64,000 nt of DNA from Psilocybe cubensis (Eukaryota): contig CM038999.1 in NCBI GenBank assembly GCA_017499595.2, forward strand, positions 2,232,001 through 2,296,000, given 5' to 3'. A program made the position numbers and the translations under genes. Positions 1 to 10,322 of this stretch are shown piece after piece. Positions within the stretch are counted from its first letter, which is position 1. Every line of letters starts with the position of its first letter. The notes below the pieces were generated by a model. The model saw only the letters and a program-made list of their open reading frames with translations, did not search any database and was not told where the DNA came from.

Positions 1-859
1 CCTGATCAATAGGGTTGAGCAAGCCATGTTGCTAATTCAGCAGCTTCGCCCTAAGGGGTTTGATCTGGCTAAGCTTGATAAAGAGCTTGCTTCGCTTGCT
101 TTGGTCAGGGCACTCCCAGAAGAGTACAGTTCATTTGCATCCTCACTTCTCCTTTTGGACAAGTTGGACAAGGCTACAATTCATCAAGCCTTTGTCACAG
201 AGGACATACAGCGACGTCGCCGCGCTTCGGAGTTGCCTGCACTTGCCACCGCGTTCCAGACCGCTCCAGCCCCTTCTGCATCCAAGCCCAAGTGCGCATT
301 TTGTGATATGACCAATCATGCAATGGACAAGTGTCACAAGTTCATTGCTGCGCAAAAGGATGCGAAGGAGCGTGTCAAAGCGGCTCGCAAAGGCAATAGA
401 GCGCACAAGGCCTCAGAGGCATTTAGTGAGGAAAAAGAGTCCAAGGACATGGAATTTGCTGGAAATGCAAGTGCTCTTAATACCGATGTTCCCTCCGATG
501 TTCCCTCTTCCATTTCACCCCAAACTAATGACGATTGGATTGCAGACACAGGGGCGACTTCTCATATGACGCCCCATCGCAATTGGGTTAGAAATTACAC
601 CCCCCTTCGCATTCCAATCCGATTAGCAGATGAACGAGTTATTTATTCTGCAGGGGTGGGCACTGTGTTCTTTGAACCAGTTGTAAATGGAATAAAGTCA
701 AGAGGCGTCGAGTTAACTAGAGTTTTACATGTACCAGATCTCCGAAACAATCTACTGTCTGTTCTATACCTCACAAAGCACAAAGGCTTCAAAATCACCA
801 TTGATGCTAATCTGGTCCTATCTCGCCCCCTACTCCTGAAGGCTATCGCTACTGGATAA
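1..859 (+). CDS. copia gag-protease, unit 1 (5' part outside window)
   Basis: Zinc knuckle CAFCDMTNHAMDKC; protease motif WIADTGATSHM; identical to the C-terminal part of the 413-aa ORFs. Confidence 0.9.
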   Translation, partial: LINRVEQAMLLIQQLRPKGFDLAKLDKELASLALVRALPEEYSSFASSLLLLDKLDKATIHQAFVTEDIQRRRRASELPALATAFQTAPAPSASKPKCAFCDMTNHAMDKCHKFIAAQKDAKERVKAARKGNRAHKASEAFSEEKESKDMEFAGNASALNTDVPSDVPSSISPQTNDDWIADTGATSHMTPHRNWVRNYTPLRIPIRLADERVIYSAGVGTVFFEPVVNGIKSRGVELTRVLHVPDLRNNLLSVLYLTKHKGFKITIDANLVLSRPLLLKAIATG

Positions 860-894
860 CCTTTATTGATGACCATACAAAGAGTAGAGCTGCT

Positions 895-3426
895 GTGCTT
901 CTTAAGCGCAAAAGCGATGCATTCAGTGCGTTTCAAACGTACAAAGCATGGGCTGAGAACAAATTAGGCTTTAAGATCAAAGCGCTGCAGGATGACAAAG
1001 CTGGTGAATACATGTCAAATGCTTTCATCAAATTCACTGACCAGTGTGGCATTGAGCGTCGTCATACAACGCGAAATCGCCCACAACAAAACGGAGTTGC
1101 AGAGCGTGCAAATCGCACCATGGCAGAACATGTTACTTCCATGCTCAATGAGGCTCGTGTTCCACCTTTGTTTTGGGGTCGCTGTGTTGCAGCATACATG
1201 CATGTATGGAATCGTGTTCCTACAGCTCCTCTACCGGACAAGACTCTGTATGAAAGCTGGAACAAGCGCAAACCTGATGTTAGTCATTTGAGGGTTTGGG
1301 GTTGTCTTGCATATGTTTATGTTCAGGGAGATAAGCGCAAATCGTTGCAGCCTCATATGGAGAAGTGTATCTTTGTTGGGTATCATACTGGGTACAAGGG
1401 CTGGAAGTTTTACAACCCACTCACCAAAAGGTTCATTATCTCTGAGAGAGCTGATTTCGACGAAAGGTGCTTCCCTGGGGTGTCCACTGGCCCTATGCCA
1501 AAGTTTGACCTTCTTCCCACTTCTTCTGCAAGTGCACCACCTCCCAATTCAGGGGGGGAATCTAATGGCTTCAATTTTGATGATAATGAGGATGACTCTA
1601 CTCCAAGTCCTGTCATTGAGCCAGAAGTGCCTATTGCGCCTCCTGAACAGCCAGCTGAACCGCCACAGCCTGAGGCCGTTCCTGCACCTCTTCCTAAGCC
1701 TGCACGCCGCCAGCGTGCTCCAGTTGATCCTGCAACGTTGAGACGCACTACTCGCGTTCCTAAGCAGCCTGGTGAATGGTGGAAGGTCTCACATGATCCT
1801 GAACCACCTGAAGCCAATGATCCTAGATTTGAAGAGGTGGAGTTTGCTGGGCTTGTTTCAAGCGCAGATCCGCGCACATTTAAACAGGCAATGAAAGCGC
1901 CTGATGCGCACATGTGGGAAGAGGCTGCTAACACAGAATTCAATCTGTTGCAGCACAATCAAACTTGGGAGCAAGTTGAGCTCCCTCCGGGTCAAAAGGC
2001 AATTGGCTGTGGTTGGGTCTTTAAAATCAAGCAAAATGCACATGGCAGTATAGAGTGCTACAAGGCTCGTATTGTTGCCAAGGGCTACAGTCAGCGCCCT
2101 GGCATTGATTACCATGAGGTCTTTGCTCCTACTTTCCGCCCTGCTACTTTCCGCTTGATTGTGGCTCTGGCCGCCATTGGAGACTTGAAGTTGCACTCTG
2201 TTGATATTACAGCTGCTTTCACTAAAGGTGACCTAGACGAGGAGATTTACATGTTACAACCTGAAGGATTTCACCAAGGTGGCCCTAACATAGTTTTGAA
2301 GCTTAAAAAGTCGCTCTATGGTCTTAAGCAGTCTGCACGTCAATGGAACCTCAAGTTGCATGAGGCATTGTCAGATATGGGGTTCAAGCGTATAGAATCA
2401 GATCGCTCTGTCTACATCTATTCAGATGGAGATGTGAAGATTATTGTTCCCATTTACATTGATGACATCACCTTTGCCTCCAAATCGGACGCCGCCATAG
2501 ACAGAGCTGTTAAGCAGCTGGCTGCGCGTTTTGAACTCCGTGATCTGGGTCCTACACAGTATTTACTTGGTGTTGCCATTGAGCGAGATATGGCTGCTAA
2601 AACCATTTCCTTGCATCAGCGTCAGTATATCCTTGATATGCTTGATACATATGGCATGACTGATTCTAATCCGGTCAAAACACCTTTGGCTGTGGGCACT
2701 GTTCTGTCCAAGGCAGATGGACCTCAGAATGGAGATGAGGTGGAATTTATGCGAAATGTTCCCTATCTCAATGCAGTTGGCTCCTTGCAGTATCTAGCCA
2801 CCATGACCCGTCCTGACATTGCTTTTACTGTGTCCTATCTGGCACGCTTCAACTCCAATCCTGGGCCTAAGCATTGGGCTGCGGTTAAACATTTATTCCG
2901 CTACCTCAGAGGCACTCTGGATTACAAGTTGACTTATTCTGGCGCTGTGGGCCATGATAACTTTGTTACCTACACTGATGCTGCACATGGTGATTGTGTA
3001 GATACTGGACGCTCTACGAGTGGTTATTTGACCGTTCTAGCTGGAGGTGCTATTGGCTGGGCAAGCAAACTCCAAACTGTTGTAACTCTGTCTACTACTG
3101 AGGCAGAGTACATTGCTGCGGTGGAGGCAGCCAAGGAAATTGTGTGGATGCGCAATATCCTTGAGGAGTTTGGCTACACAGTCACTGAGCCCTCTGTGCT
3201 GCATATGGACAACCAGTCATCTATCAGTGTTTCCAAGAATCCAGAGCACCATGGACGGATGAAGCACCTTGATTTGCGCTATTATTGGCTTAGGGATGCT
3301 GTTGGTGTTGGAAAGATTTCTCCTTCTTATATTCCTACTGATCAGCAAGCTGCTGATATTCTTACCAAACCCCTCTCACCTCCTAAAGTGGACTTTTGTA
3401 GAGATAAAATGGGTCTCAAACTTTAA
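895..3426 (+). pseudogene. copia pol (N-truncated integrase, RT, RNase H), unit 1
   Basis: QQNGVAERANRT, GYKGWKFY, YIDDI, YTDA..EAEY..DNQS..ADILTK. Out of frame with gag-PR; lacks HHCC and the first catalytic Asp. Confidence 0.9.
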
Positions 3427-3489
3427 TCTTTCTTTCTCTGTTTTGCTTTATTTTTCTTTGTTCTGGAGACTTGTCAGAACAGGGGGGAG

Positions 3490-3928
3490 TGTTAAAACTG
3501 CTCTCTATGTCTCCCTCACTTTGCTATCTTATCAGATTAGATTACTTTCTTCTTATCTTCATTTGCTCTCCAGACCATTCTAGACACATGATATTTATCA
3601 GTCCATAGACTGGTCTGGACCGGACCAGAGTAGACCTAGGTAGACCAGAGTACTTGAGTCTACACAGTATATAGTCACTCTAGTTTACATCCTGAAGTCC
3701 CCAGTTACTCACTTCGGACTTCAGGTTAGTTTGTTAGCACTTTGCTCAATTCACTCAGTTACTCACTTCGGACTTCAGACGCTTCGTGCTCGCTTATCCC
3801 TGCGCCCTACGTTCTATAACTAGGTCGCCGAGTAGCTCACACTGCCCCGAGCTCGCCTGCTTCAACACTACGTTCTATAACTAGGTCGCCAAGTAGCTCA
3901 CACTGTCTTGAGCTCGCCTGCTTCAACA
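3490..3928 (+). repeat. Junction LTR block 1: 378-bp LTR (3490-3867) plus extra 61-bp LTR 3' end (3868-3928)
   Basis: Starts TGTTAAAAC directly after PPT AGGGGGGAG; CTTCAACA ends at 3867 and at 3928; PBS follows. Confidence 0.95.
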
Positions 3929-3945
3929 GGTTATGGGCCCCGCGC
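3929..3945 (+). promoter_or_regulatory. Primer-binding site of half-tRNA-iMet (Hemivirus/copia/Ty5) type; recurs at 8643, 13357, 18072, 39569 and on the minus strand ending 25789
   Basis: GGTTATGGGCCCC abuts the LTR with no TGG. It is complementary to the anticodon arm of initiator tRNA-Met, as in Drosophila copia. Confidence 0.8.
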
Positions 3946-4331
3946 TCTAAGCGCTCCAATTCCGTGTTTTGCGAACCAAGTTGCTTTCTGCATAGTTTTC
4001 ACAAAACGGTCATTTTAGTCTTTTTTGCTTTTTATCCTCTACCAGGCCCGGCCATACATTGCCGCTGCTAGTAGGGTTGAACGAGCACGCCTTACGCGAC
4101 TTGTTAACCTCGGTTGAGCGGGCCCCCGTCGCCTAATCCCCGAGTTATTTCTAGTTAAAAGTAACCCTTTTAAATTAGGCTAGTTTAACTTCGTCTTTTC
4201 CACTTGCGTTCGCATCGCACCCCGAGCTCCGGGTAACGCCTAGTTCGTTTCCACACATCATTACACATTCCCACACATTACTACCAACACTCGTATCCAT
4301 CCGCTTACGCGTTCCTTCGCAATTCGCAATA

Positions 4332-5573
4332 ATGATTTCTGATCCCCAAATCACTCCATTGAACTCAACCAACTACAACACCTGGGCAGGCCAGATGACC
4401 GCCTATCTCCAGTCTAAAGGGATATGGCGCATTGTCAGCGGTGCTAGAGCACAGCCAACGCTCTCAGACAAGCCTACTGCTCAGGAGGAAGCTTTGCTTG
4501 AAACCTACTTTGAGCAGAGAGACAAAGCATGTGGTTTGATCTATCTCAGTTTGGAGAATGATCAGATGGTTCATGTGGAAGCCATCAAGGATGATTCTAT
4601 CAAGATGTGGGATGCCCTCGCCGCTGTACATCAGCAAAAGCGCCCTGGCAACCGCTTTAATGCATATGATGATCTGTTCTCAATCCGAAAGGAGGAAGGT
4701 GAAAACCTTCAAACCCTGATCAATAGGGTTGAGCAAGCCATGTTGCTAATTCAGCAGCTTCGCCCTAAGGGGTTTGATCTGGCTAAGCTTGATAAAGAGC
4801 TTGCTTCGCTTGCTTTGGTCAGGGCACTCCCAGAAGAGTACAGTTCATTTGCATCCTCACTTCTCCTTTTGGACAAGTTGGACAAGGCTACAATTCATCA
4901 AGCCTTTGTCACAGAGGACATACAGCGACGTCGCCGCGCTTCGGAGTTGCCTGCACTTGCCACCGCGTTCCAGACCGCTCCAGCCCCTTCTGCATCCAAG
5001 CCCAAGTGCGCATTTTGTGATATGACCAATCATGCAATGGACAAGTGTCACAAGTTCATTGCTGCGCAAAAGGATGCGAAGGAGCGTGTCAAAGCGGCTC
5101 GCAAAGGCAATAGAGCGCACAAGGCCTCAGAGGCATTTAGTGAGGAAAAAGAGTCCAAGGACATGGAATTTGCTGGAAATGCAAGTGCTCTTAATACCGA
5201 TGTTCCCTCCGATGTTCCCTCTTCCATTTCACCCCAAACTAATGACGATTGGATTGCAGACACAGGGGCGACTTCTCATATGACGCCCCATCGCAATTGG
5301 GTTAGAAATTACACCCCCCTTCGCATTCCAATCCGATTAGCAGATGAACGAGTTATTTATTCTGCAGGGGTGGGCACTGTGTTCTTTGAACCAGTTGTAA
5401 ATGGAATAAAGTCAAGAGGCGTCGAGTTAACTAGAGTTTTACATGTACCAGATCTCCGAAACAATCTACTGTCTGTTCTATACCTCACAAAGCACAAAGG
5501 CTTCAAAATCACCATTGATGCTAATCTGGTCCTATCTCGCCCCCTACTCCTGAAGGCTATCGCTACTGGATAA
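4332..5573 (+). CDS. copia gag-protease, unit 2
   Basis: 413-aa ORF: LNSTNYNTW gag start, CX2CX4HX4C, DTGA protease; terminates shortly after the deletion junction. Confidence 0.9.
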   Translation: MISDPQITPLNSTNYNTWAGQMTAYLQSKGIWRIVSGARAQPTLSDKPTAQEEALLETYFEQRDKACGLIYLSLENDQMVHVEAIKDDSIKMWDALAAVHQQKRPGNRFNAYDDLFSIRKEEGENLQTLINRVEQAMLLIQQLRPKGFDLAKLDKELASLALVRALPEEYSSFASSLLLLDKLDKATIHQAFVTEDIQRRRRASELPALATAFQTAPAPSASKPKCAFCDMTNHAMDKCHKFIAAQKDAKERVKAARKGNRAHKASEAFSEEKESKDMEFAGNASALNTDVPSDVPSSISPQTNDDWIADTGATSHMTPHRNWVRNYTPLRIPIRLADERVIYSAGVGTVFFEPVVNGIKSRGVELTRVLHVPDLRNNLLSVLYLTKHKGFKITIDANLVLSRPLLLKAIATG

Positions 5574-5608
5574 CCTTTATTGATGACCATACAAAGAGTA
5601 GAGCTGCT

Positions 5609-8140
5609 GTGCTTCTTAAGCGCAAAAGCGATGCATTCAGTGCGTTTCAAACGTACAAAGCATGGGCTGAGAACAAATTAGGCTTTAAGATCAAAGCGCT
5701 GCAGGATGACAAAGCTGGTGAATACATGTCAAATGCTTTCATCAAATTCACTGACCAGTGTGGCATTGAGCGTCGTCATACAACGCGAAATCGCCCACAA
5801 CAAAACGGAGTTGCAGAGCGTGCAAATCGCACCATGGCAGAACATGTTACTTCCATGCTCAATGAGGCTCGTGTTCCACCTTTGTTTTGGGGTCGCTGTG
5901 TTGCAGCATACATGCATGTATGGAATCGTGTTCCTACAGCTCCTCTACCGGACAAGACTCTGTATGAAAGCTGGAACAAGCGCAAACCTGATGTTAGTCA
6001 TTTGAGGGTTTGGGGTTGTCTTGCATATGTTTATGTTCAGGGAGATAAGCGCAAATCGTTGCAGCCTCATATGGAGAAGTGTATCTTTGTTGGGTATCAT
6101 ACTGGGTACAAGGGCTGGAAGTTTTACAACCCACTCACCAAAAGGTTCATTATCTCTGAGAGAGCTGATTTCGACGAAAGGTGCTTCCCTGGGGTGTCCA
6201 CTGGCCCTATGCCAAAGTTTGACCTTCTTCCCACTTCTTCTGCAAGTGCACCACCTCCCAATTCAGGGGGGGAATCTAATGGCTTCAATTTTGATGATAA
6301 TGAGGATGACTCTACTCCAAGTCCTGTCATTGAGCCAGAAGTGCCTATTGCGCCTCCTGAACAGCCAGCTGAACCGCCACAGCCTGAGGCCGTTCCTGCA
6401 CCTCTTCCTAAGCCTGCACGCCGCCAGCGTGCTCCAGTTGATCCTGCAACGTTGAGACGCACTACTCGCGTTCCTAAGCAGCCTGGTGAATGGTGGAAGG
6501 TCTCACATGATCCTGAACCACCTGAAGCCAATGATCCTAGATTTGAAGAGGTGGAGTTTGCTGGGCTTGTTTCAAGCGCAGATCCGCGCACATTTAAACA
6601 GGCAATGAAAGCGCCTGATGCGCACATGTGGGAAGAGGCTGCTAACACAGAATTCAATCTGTTGCAGCACAATCAAACTTGGGAGCAAGTTGAGCTCCCT
6701 CCGGGTCAAAAGGCAATTGGCTGTGGTTGGGTCTTTAAAATCAAGCAAAATGCACATGGCAGTATAGAGTGCTACAAGGCTCGTATTGTTGCCAAGGGCT
6801 ACAGTCAGCGCCCTGGCATTGATTACCATGAGGTCTTTGCTCCTACTTTCCGCCCTGCTACTTTCCGCTTGATTGTGGCTCTGGCCGCCATTGGAGACTT
6901 GAAGTTGCACTCTGTTGATATTACAGCTGCTTTCACTAAAGGTGACCTAGACGAGGAGATTTACATGTTACAACCTGAAGGATTTCACCAAGGTGGCCCT
7001 AACATAGTTTTGAAGCTTAAAAAGTCGCTCTATGGTCTTAAGCAGTCTGCACGTCAATGGAACCTCAAGTTGCATGAGGCATTGTCAGATATGGGGTTCA
7101 AGCGTATAGAATCAGATCGCTCTGTCTACATCTATTCAGATGGAGATGTGAAGATTATTGTTCCCATTTACATTGATGACATCACCTTTGCCTCCAAATC
7201 GGACGCCGCCATAGACAGAGCTGTTAAGCAGCTGGCTGCGCGTTTTGAACTCCGTGATCTGGGTCCTACACAGTATTTACTTGGTGTTGCCATTGAGCGA
7301 GATATGGCTGCTAAAACCATTTCCTTGCATCAGCGTCAGTATATCCTTGATATGCTTGATACATATGGCATGACTGATTCTAATCCGGTCAAAACACCTT
7401 TGGCTGTGGGCACTGTTCTGTCCAAGGCAGATGGACCTCAGAATGGAGATGAGGTGGAATTTATGCGAAATGTTCCCTATCTCAATGCAGTTGGCTCCTT
7501 GCAGTATCTAGCCACCATGACCCGTCCTGACATTGCTTTTACTGTGTCCTATCTGGCACGCTTCAACTCCAATCCTGGGCCTAAGCATTGGGCTGCGGTT
7601 AAACATTTATTCCGCTACCTCAGAGGCACTCTGGATTACAAGTTGACTTATTCTGGCGCTGTGGGCCATGATAACTTTGTTACCTACACTGATGCTGCAC
7701 ATGGTGATTGTGTAGATACTGGACGCTCTACGAGTGGTTATTTGACCGTTCTAGCTGGAGGTGCTATTGGCTGGGCAAGCAAACTCCAAACTGTTGTAAC
7801 TCTGTCTACTACTGAGGCAGAGTACATTGCTGCGGTGGAGGCAGCCAAGGAAATTGTGTGGATGCGCAATATCCTTGAGGAGTTTGGCTACACAGTCACT
7901 GAGCCCTCTGTGCTGCATATGGACAACCAGTCATCTATCAGTGTTTCCAAGAATCCAGAGCACCATGGACGGATGAAGCACCTTGATTTGCGCTATTATT
8001 GGCTTAGGGATGCTGTTGGTGTTGGAAAGATTTCTCCTTCTTATATTCCTACTGATCAGCAAGCTGCTGATATTCTTACCAAACCCCTCTCACCTCCTAA
8101 AGTGGACTTTTGTAGAGATAAAATGGGTCTCAAACTTTAA
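5609..8140 (+). pseudogene. copia pol (N-truncated IN, RT, RH), unit 2
   Basis: Same 843-aa ORF as unit 1. Confidence 0.9.
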
Positions 8141-8203
8141 TCTTTCTTTCTCTGTTTTGCTTTATTTTTCTTTGTTCTGGAGACTTGTCAGAACAGGGGG
8201 GAG

Positions 8204-8642
8204 TGTTAAAACTGCTCTCTATGTCTCCCTCACTTTGCTATCTTATCAGATTAGATTACTTTCTTCTTATCTTCATTTGCTCTCCAGACCATTCTAGACA
8301 CATGATATTTATCAGTCCATAGACTGGTCTGGACCGGACCAGAGTAGACCTAGGTAGACCAGAGTACTTGAGTCTACACAGTATATAGTCACTCTAGTTT
8401 ACATCCTGAAGTCCCCAGTTACTCACTTCGGACTTCAGGTTAGTTTGTTAGCACTTTGCTCAATTCACTCAGTTACTCACTTCGGACTTCAGACGCTTCG
8501 TGCTCGCTTATCCCTGCGCCCTACGTTCTATAACTAGGTCGCCGAGTAGCTCACACTGCCCCGAGCTCGCCTGCTTCAACACTACGTTCTATAACTAGGT
8601 CGCCAAGTAGCTCACACTGTCTTGAGCTCGCCTGCTTCAACA
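8204..8642 (+). repeat. Junction LTR block 2 (LTR + 61 bp)
   Basis: Matches 3490-3928. Confidence 0.95.
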
Positions 8643-9045
8643 GGTTATGGGCCCCGCGCTCTAAGCGCTCCAATTCCGTGTTTTGCGAACCAAGTTGCTT
8701 TCTGCATAGTTTTCACAAAACGGTCATTTTAGTCTTTTTTGCTTTTTATCCTCTACCAGGCCCGGCCATACATTGCCGCTGCTAGTAGGGTTGAACGAGC
8801 ACGCCTTACGCGACTTGTTAACCTCGGTTGAGCGGGCCCCCGTCGCCTAATCCCCGAGTTATTTCTAGTTAAAAGTAACCCTTTTAAATTAGGCTAGTTT
8901 AACTTCGTCTTTTCCACTTGCGTTCGCATCGCACCCCGAGCTCCGGGTAACGCCTAGTTCGTTTCCACACATCATTACACATTCCCACACATTACTACCA
9001 ACACTCGTATCCATCCGCTTACGCGTTCCTTCGCAATTCGCAATA

Positions 9046-10287
9046 ATGATTTCTGATCCCCAAATCACTCCATTGAACTCAACCAACTACAACACCTGGG
9101 CAGGCCAGATGACCGCCTATCTCCAGTCTAAAGGGATATGGCGCATTGTCAGCGGTGCTAGAGCACAGCCAACGCTCTCAGACAAGCCTACTGCTCAGGA
9201 GGAAGCTTTGCTTGAAACCTACTTTGAGCAGAGAGACAAAGCATGTGGTTTGATCTATCTTAGTTTGGAGAATGATCAGATGGTTCATGTGGAAGCCATC
9301 AAGGATGATTCTATCAAGATGTGGGATGCCCTCGCCGCTGTACATCAGCAAAAGCGCCCTGGCAACCGCTTTAATGCATATGATGATCTGTTCTCAATCC
9401 GAAAGGAGGAAGGTGAAAACCTTCAAACCCTGATCAATAGGGTTGAGCAAGCCATGTTGCTAATTCAGCAGCTTCGCCCTAAGGGGTTTGATCTGGCTAA
9501 GCTTGATAAAGAGCTTGCTTCGCTTGCTTTGGTCAGGGCACTCCCAGAAGAGTACAGTTCATTTGCATCCTCACTTCTCCTTTTGGACAAGTTGGACAAG
9601 GCTACAATTCATCAAGCCTTTGTCACAGAGGACATACAGCGACGTCGCCGCGCTTCGGAGTTGCCTGCACTTGCCACCGCGTTCCAGACCGCTCCAGCCC
9701 CTTCTGCATCCAAGCCCAAGTGCGCATTTTGTGATATGACCAATCATGCAATGGACAAGTGTCACAAGTTCATTGCTGCGCAAAAGGATGCGAAGGAGCG
9801 TGTCAAAGCGGCTCGCAAAGGCAATAGAGCGCACAAGGCCTCAGAGGCATTTAGTGAGGAAAAAGAGTCCAAGGACATGGAATTTGCTGGAAATGCAAGT
9901 GCTCTTAATACCGATGTTCCCTCCGATGTTCCCTCTTCCATTTCACCCCAAACTAATGACGATTGGATTGCAGACACAGGGGCGACTTCTCATATGACGC
10001 CCCATCGCAATTGGGTTAGAAATTACACCCCCCTTCGCATTCCAATCCGATTAGCAGATGAACGAGTTATTTATTCTGCAGGGGTGGGCACTGTGTTCTT
10101 TGAACCAGTTGTAAATGGAATAAAGTCAAGAGGCGTCGAGTTAACTAGAGTTTTACATGTACCAGATCTCCGAAACAATCTACTGTCTGTTCTATACCTC
10201 ACAAAGCACAAAGGCTTCAAAATCACCATTGATGCTAATCTGGTCCTATCTCGCCCCCTACTCCTGAAGGCTATCGCTACTGGATAA
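9046..10287 (+). CDS. copia gag-protease, unit 3
   Basis: Same 413-aa ORF. Confidence 0.9.
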   Translation: MISDPQITPLNSTNYNTWAGQMTAYLQSKGIWRIVSGARAQPTLSDKPTAQEEALLETYFEQRDKACGLIYLSLENDQMVHVEAIKDDSIKMWDALAAVHQQKRPGNRFNAYDDLFSIRKEEGENLQTLINRVEQAMLLIQQLRPKGFDLAKLDKELASLALVRALPEEYSSFASSLLLLDKLDKATIHQAFVTEDIQRRRRASELPALATAFQTAPAPSASKPKCAFCDMTNHAMDKCHKFIAAQKDAKERVKAARKGNRAHKASEAFSEEKESKDMEFAGNASALNTDVPSDVPSSISPQTNDDWIADTGATSHMTPHRNWVRNYTPLRIPIRLADERVIYSAGVGTVFFEPVVNGIKSRGVELTRVLHVPDLRNNLLSVLYLTKHKGFKITIDANLVLSRPLLLKAIATG

Positions 10288-10322
10288 CCTTTATTGATGA
10301 CCATACAAAGAGTAGAGCTGCT

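Noticed and set aside
1410-1958. 182-aa antisense ORF repeated in each copia unit
   Set aside because: Shadow of the Pro-rich IN-RT linker; the repetition only reflects unit identity.
5520-5610. Programmed gag-pol frameshift or readthrough
   Set aside because: Comparison with 41143-41478 shows the frame change is a deletion junction; there is no slippery site.
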